Below are positions 60,011 through 64,000 of a stretch of DNA of 64,000 bases, piece after piece (positions within the stretch are counted from its first letter, which is position 1; each line of letters opens with the position of its first letter). The position numbers and the translations under genes were made by a program. This DNA comes from Oceanispirochaeta sp. GTDB taxonomy: Bacteria; Spirochaetota; Spirochaetia; DSM-2461. The stretch is from the NCBI GenBank assembly GCA_963666275.2, contig CAXXOA010000001.1:320001-384000 (forward strand), read 5' to 3'. The notes beneath the pieces are model-generated. The model saw nothing but the letters and a program-made list of their open reading frames with translations, did no database searches and was not told where the DNA came from.

Positions 60011-61401
60011 TAAAACGATTCTTCTCTCTTATTATTTTTCTCATTCTCCTGTCAGATCTTTTCTCCTATGATCTGAGAAAAGATTTCGGCCGGCATTATG
60101 GAGAGGATGATCTGTTTCAGGCGGTTTACAGCATTGATGATTACAGGAATGACTGGAAGCGGAAAGAGCTGTTCCGTTTCTTTAACGATCAGACTCTCCA
60201 GCCTGAATCTCTGGATTCTGACGTGACAGTGACCGATCTTGTTCCCATGTCCCCGCAGGAGCGGCGGATACTCAGGAACGCCTACTATGCCCGCAGGGGG
60301 TACAGGTTCAGATCCCCCGAGCTGACAGAGTATTTTTCAGCCTTTGAATGGTACAGTCCCGTCACTTCAGATCCCGGAGAGATAGAGAAAGGGTTCAGTG
60401 ACAGGGAGAAGGCCAATATAGAGCTGATCCGGAAGGTGGAAGCCGATCCGGAGATTTATGACCCTGAGGTTCTCTATGCTGCAGTCAATAACCGGGATCT
60501 CTACACCTTGGAGCATTATACCGCCCGGGGGGGAACCTTCGATTTTGTTTTCAGAAATACAACACCCCTCCTGAACTTCCTGGATCCCGATCAGTTTCAT
60601 ACTGTTGCCGGGGACTCCCGGATGACAGGCGACGGGGTGATCGATCCTGTAGAGGGGGAGGTTATCCGTTTTCTCCTGGAACACGGGGCCCAGGCGGATT
60701 ACAATCCCAACCATGCGGGCTGGTCTCCCTGGTTCCTTATCTTTCTGAATCAGCTGGTCCGGGGAGATGGTGATTATACTCTACTGGAATGGATCCTCCG
60801 CCGGCAGCCCTCTCTGATGGAAGAGACTGAGGTGTTCAATTCGGAAATCTACACTACAGGCATGGGGAATGTTTTTCATTCTCCCCTGACAGTTGCCGCC
60901 GGATTCGGCGATACCGGGGTTATTGAACTTTTTTTCAGCCTGAAAACAGACCTGGATCCGCAGAGCATCTGGAATGAAGGACGGTTGAATGAGGCCCTGC
61001 TAAAGGCTGACTTTTACGATGAATCGGGAGCAATGGAGTTGCTTCTGAAAGCCGGGGCGGATCCGGGAAAGTCCCTGTTTAAAGAGAGACTGAAATACTT
61101 TTCCCCTGGACGGGATCTTCCCTTTCTGGAGCTCCTGGCGGCTTATGCTGACCACGGGGTGCTTCAGTCGGCTCTGGCCCTGGGAGCCTTTTACGGGGCC
61201 CGGGAGTTTCTGGAATCTCTCCGGATCTATCCGCTGAATCCGGATGCTCCGGAGTGGGTGGAAACGGGATGGACCACGGGAAAGGAGGCCGATCCCAATG
61301 CGGGGTACTCGGAAATCAGCGCCCTGGAGGCGGATCTTCAGTATCAGAAAGGAGCCAACAGGGATCTGCTCCTGCAGTTCCGGAGTTCCTCTGGAGAATA
61401 G
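60007..61401 (+). CDS. Exported YARHG-domain protein with degenerate ankyrin repeats
   Basis: ILRNAYYARRGYRF.S.EL..YF....WY.P...EKANI; TTPL, SPL.VAA and GADP. GTGA overlap with the previous gene. Confidence 0.8.
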   Translation: MIKRFFSLIIFLILLSDLFSYDLRKDFGRHYGEDDLFQAVYSIDDYRNDWKRKELFRFFNDQTLQPESLDSDVTVTDLVPMSPQERRILRNAYYARRGYRFRSPELTEYFSAFEWYSPVTSDPGEIEKGFSDREKANIELIRKVEADPEIYDPEVLYAAVNNRDLYTLEHYTARGGTFDFVFRNTTPLLNFLDPDQFHTVAGDSRMTGDGVIDPVEGEVIRFLLEHGAQADYNPNHAGWSPWFLIFLNQLVRGDGDYTLLEWILRRQPSLMEETEVFNSEIYTTGMGNVFHSPLTVAAGFGDTGVIELFFSLKTDLDPQSIWNEGRLNEALLKADFYDESGAMELLLKAGADPGKSLFKERLKYFSPGRDLPFLELLAAYADHGVLQSALALGAFYGAREFLESLRIYPLNPDAPEWVETGWTTGKEADPNAGYSEISALEADLQYQKGANRDLLLQFRSSSGE

Positions 61402-61578
61402 GGTTTCTCAAATTCTGGCAGTTTGCTTTTCTCCTTAAACTCCATCTGCAGGAGCTGTCCTTCCGGGGTTCCGGGATCTTACCCTTTCTGATAAAAATAA
61501 GAGACGGTGCGGGGCAACCCTGTCATGGTATTCGTTTCCCCACCGGTATATAAATAAAACTGAGAGGCCCTATTTCCT

Positions 61579-62031
61579 ATGTTATTTGTTTTTGATCTGG
61601 ACTTTACCCTCTGGGACTGCGGGGGTACCTGGTGCGACTGTACCTCTCCCCCCTACAGGGTCGACAGAGGCCGGGTGCTGGACCGCTCGGGCCGGCATAT
61701 CACCCTCTACCCCGATGTCCCTGAGATTCTGCAGACCCTGACAGACCATGGCCATCAGCTGGCGGCGGCCTCCCGGACCCACGAACCCGCCTGGGCCCGG
61801 CAGCTCCTGGCCCTTCTGGAGGTGGATCCTCTGTTTCACTACAAAGAGATCTACCCGGGGCCGAAACATCCCCATTTCAGAAGCCTGAAAAAGAAGAGCG
61901 GCCTGGCCTATGAGGATATGGTTTTCTTTGATGACGAGGAGCGGAACATCGAAGATATCAGCCCCCTGGGGGTGCAGGCCGTGTATGTGTACCAGGGAGT
62001 GGACTGGTCCCATGTTAAACCCTTCCTGTAA
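61579..62031 (+). CDS. Magnesium-dependent phosphatase-1 (MDP-1, HAD family)
   Basis: FDLDFTLW, AASRT, IYPG.K..HF and FFDDE.RN motifs. Confidence 0.88.
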   Translation: MLFVFDLDFTLWDCGGTWCDCTSPPYRVDRGRVLDRSGRHITLYPDVPEILQTLTDHGHQLAAASRTHEPAWARQLLALLEVDPLFHYKEIYPGPKHPHFRSLKKKSGLAYEDMVFFDDEERNIEDISPLGVQAVYVYQGVDWSHVKPFL

Positions 62032-62036
62032 TCAGG

Positions 62037-63488
62037 CTATAAGCTCTCTTTGTAAAAATTCAATACTACAGCATTGATATCAGGAGAGAAGCTGCCTCTT
62101 TCGGCAAACTGAAGGAGAGAGGAATCTACCTGGACTCCCTGTTCCAGCAGAAATTGAACCGCTTCCGGATTATTTAAATCAATGGCTTTTCTCAGGGCTG
62201 TATACCCCTGATTCATGGCATTGATATCGGCGCCGTATTGAATCAGAAGGGACACAAGCGGAAGAATCTCCTTCCGGTCCCAGGATAAGGTTAAAAGAAG
62301 AGGCTTCCCATAGTCATCTGTAATAGTGGGATCCGCCCCTGCTTTGAGAAGTATCTCAGCCATTTTCAAATATTTATCCTGATACTCGGGATTAAAGTTC
62401 AGACAGATTTGACAGAGGGGACGTATATTCTGAGAGTCAACTATTTCAAGCAGGATAGGTTGTGTCCTCAACACATCTTTCATGCCTTGAATATCTCTTT
62501 CTCTGATCCTGTTGTGAAGAGCTGTCATACCGCGGGAATCCCAGTCTATGGCAATGGCTCCCCATTCTACAAGTTGTGCTCTGGTGGTATCATCCAGGGC
62601 GTTCATATAAGGGACCCGGCCGAATTGGTCAATCAGATTAATGTCGGCACCATGGGCAATCAGTATTTTTATGGCTTCCCAGAAGTCATCCCGGTTCTCA
62701 GCTTTCTTCAGATAGGTCACAAGTGTATGTAGGGCAGGACTTTTGGGAGTACTGTCTCCTGTGATCAGAGGGGTGTCGGGATCAATACCCTGATCCAGAA
62801 GAAAATTCAGCATTTGAGAATCAAAAATTGAATACCACGGGAGAGCAGCAACCAGTTGCTGTCCTTCTCTGTAATGAATATCTGCACCCAGTGACACCAG
62901 TCTGCTATATGTTTCCGGTGAACGGCTGAAGACGGCTTCCTGGAGAGGAAAGGGAGAGGTTTTATCATAGTTGTTCAGGTCAACACCGTGATCCATAAAA
63001 AGCTCTACCATAGGCCAGTCTCCTTTAGCGACCGCCTTGCAGAGGCTGTCTTCCAGTGTTCCCATGGTTAAAGTGTCTGTAGAGTAGAAACTGCCATCTA
63101 TTATACGATAGCGGTTCAGAACCTTTTCGACCTTTTTCAGATCCTCCTTTATTACAGCCTGAAACAAACGGTTGTCCGGGATTCTGTAGTTGGCCAGAAG
63201 AGTCCAGACTATCAGGCCTGAGAAGATCATGGCTGAAAATATGCGTATGACTCCTTCTCTGATTCTTATCCCTTTTTTCCAGGGAAAGAAAAGAGAAATT
63301 GATATGCCGGCAAAAAAGAGAGCCCCCAGGGCCAAATAGGCTGTATCATTATCCCCTTCCCGCAGGTTGTGAACGCTGTGAGGTAAGATAAAAAGACACA
63401 ACAGTCCGTAAAGAAGAATGAGCAGGAAAGTCCGCAATCGATTGTTCAGAACAGGATCCTTTTTGAATTGGTGTTTATTATTCTGCAT
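62037..63488 (-). CDS. Membrane-anchored ankyrin-repeat protein
   Basis: Three N-terminal TM helices; GADIH, SPALH, GADIN, TALH and GADP repeats. Confidence 0.82.
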   Translation of the reverse strand: MQNNKHQFKKDPVLNNRLRTFLLILLYGLLCLFILPHSVHNLREGDNDTAYLALGALFFAGISISLFFPWKKGIRIREGVIRIFSAMIFSGLIVWTLLANYRIPDNRLFQAVIKEDLKKVEKVLNRYRIIDGSFYSTDTLTMGTLEDSLCKAVAKGDWPMVELFMDHGVDLNNYDKTSPFPLQEAVFSRSPETYSRLVSLGADIHYREGQQLVAALPWYSIFDSQMLNFLLDQGIDPDTPLITGDSTPKSPALHTLVTYLKKAENRDDFWEAIKILIAHGADINLIDQFGRVPYMNALDDTTRAQLVEWGAIAIDWDSRGMTALHNRIRERDIQGMKDVLRTQPILLEIVDSQNIRPLCQICLNFNPEYQDKYLKMAEILLKAGADPTITDDYGKPLLLTLSWDRKEILPLVSLLIQYGADINAMNQGYTALRKAIDLNNPEAVQFLLEQGVQVDSSLLQFAERGSFSPDINAVVLNFYKESL

Positions 63489-63599
63489 TTTATCTGGAGA
63501 TTCATGCCTCTGTCAACGGGCTTCTTTTCGAACTGGAATACCAGCGCTCTCCTATGTTTCTTAAGCCCTTAACATTACAGAAAAATCCTCCCCGTCCCG

Positions 63600-64000
63600 T
63601 CAGGGCAGGTTCAGAAAATCCAGGACTGAGTCATCCGAAAAGAGGGAACTCCCCAGCTCCGCCGGCGTGTAGGAGTGATCATTTTCGGTAAGCGGATCCA
63701 GACCTTTCCGGATAAAGGTGTTCGCCAGAGCGGCCATGTTCTTCTGAGCCGGTTCATCCAGGACTTCCCGGTAGGCCCTGTCCACGATCAGGTGGAGCAG
63801 GGTGTTTTTCCGGTCGTCCCGGGCTTTCACGTCAGCGCCGTACTCCAGGAGCAGTTCCGGAAGCTCTGTTCCCTGGGCATTGTAGGCGCAGATCATAAGA
63901 GGAGTCTGGCTCCACTGGTCCCGCCAGTCCGGATCGGCGCCCCTTTCCAGCAGGAGACGGGCCGCTTCCGCCTGGTCTCCCGCCGCCGCATAAAAGAGGG
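63600..64000 (-). CDS. Ankyrin-repeat protein, C-terminal part; 5' end lies outside the window
   Basis: The frame stays open to the window edge: LFYAAAGDQAEAARLLLERGADPDWRDQWSQTPLMICA...GADV...TLLH. Confidence 0.8.
   Translation of the reverse strand, partial: LFYAAAGDQAEAARLLLERGADPDWRDQWSQTPLMICAYNAQGTELPELLLEYGADVKARDDRKNTLLHLIVDRAYREVLDEPAQKNMAALANTFIRKGLDPLTENDHSYTPAELGSSLFSDDSVLDFLNLP

Noticed and set aside
51809..64000. Possible integron cassette array behind the ankyrin/SH3 cluster
   Set aside because: No repeated attC-like RYYYAAC...GTTRRRY elements between genes, mixed orientation, and no integrase.

Overview
A 64 kb bacterial chromosomal segment. The many N-terminal lipobox and SH3 proteins suggest a free-living spirochaete, but this is inference and no phylogenetic marker is present. 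From start to end it holds an XdhD-like molybdoenzyme (5'-truncated), a CoA-disulfide reductase-rhodanese-TusA-DsrE fusion, a TonB-dependent receptor operon, and a RAYT-like HUH transposase flanked by GGGACGGAGGA motifs. Next come a MarR-HlyD-ABC efflux operon and a LysR/TctCBA/sulfatase/anSME cluster whose tctC is broken by one in-frame TAA. The middle carries a 1829-aa single-chain acyl-CoA carboxylase with eukaryotic-ACC-like motifs, a lipoprotein with a DAxSGAS flavinylation-type motif facing an FAD oxidoreductase and a DUF4395 protein, and a nitrogen locus (amtB-glnK, a PP2C-like gene, an unknown repeat protein) with two sigma54 promoters. After these are a hybrid kinase, galE, MocR/LysE, a decayed PTS-IIC/EAL gene and several regulators. 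The last ~12 kb is a cluster of mostly exported ankyrin, SH3 and YARHG proteins. No rRNA, tRNA, CRISPR array or integron was found. All product calls come from motif recognition by eye; no database search was run.
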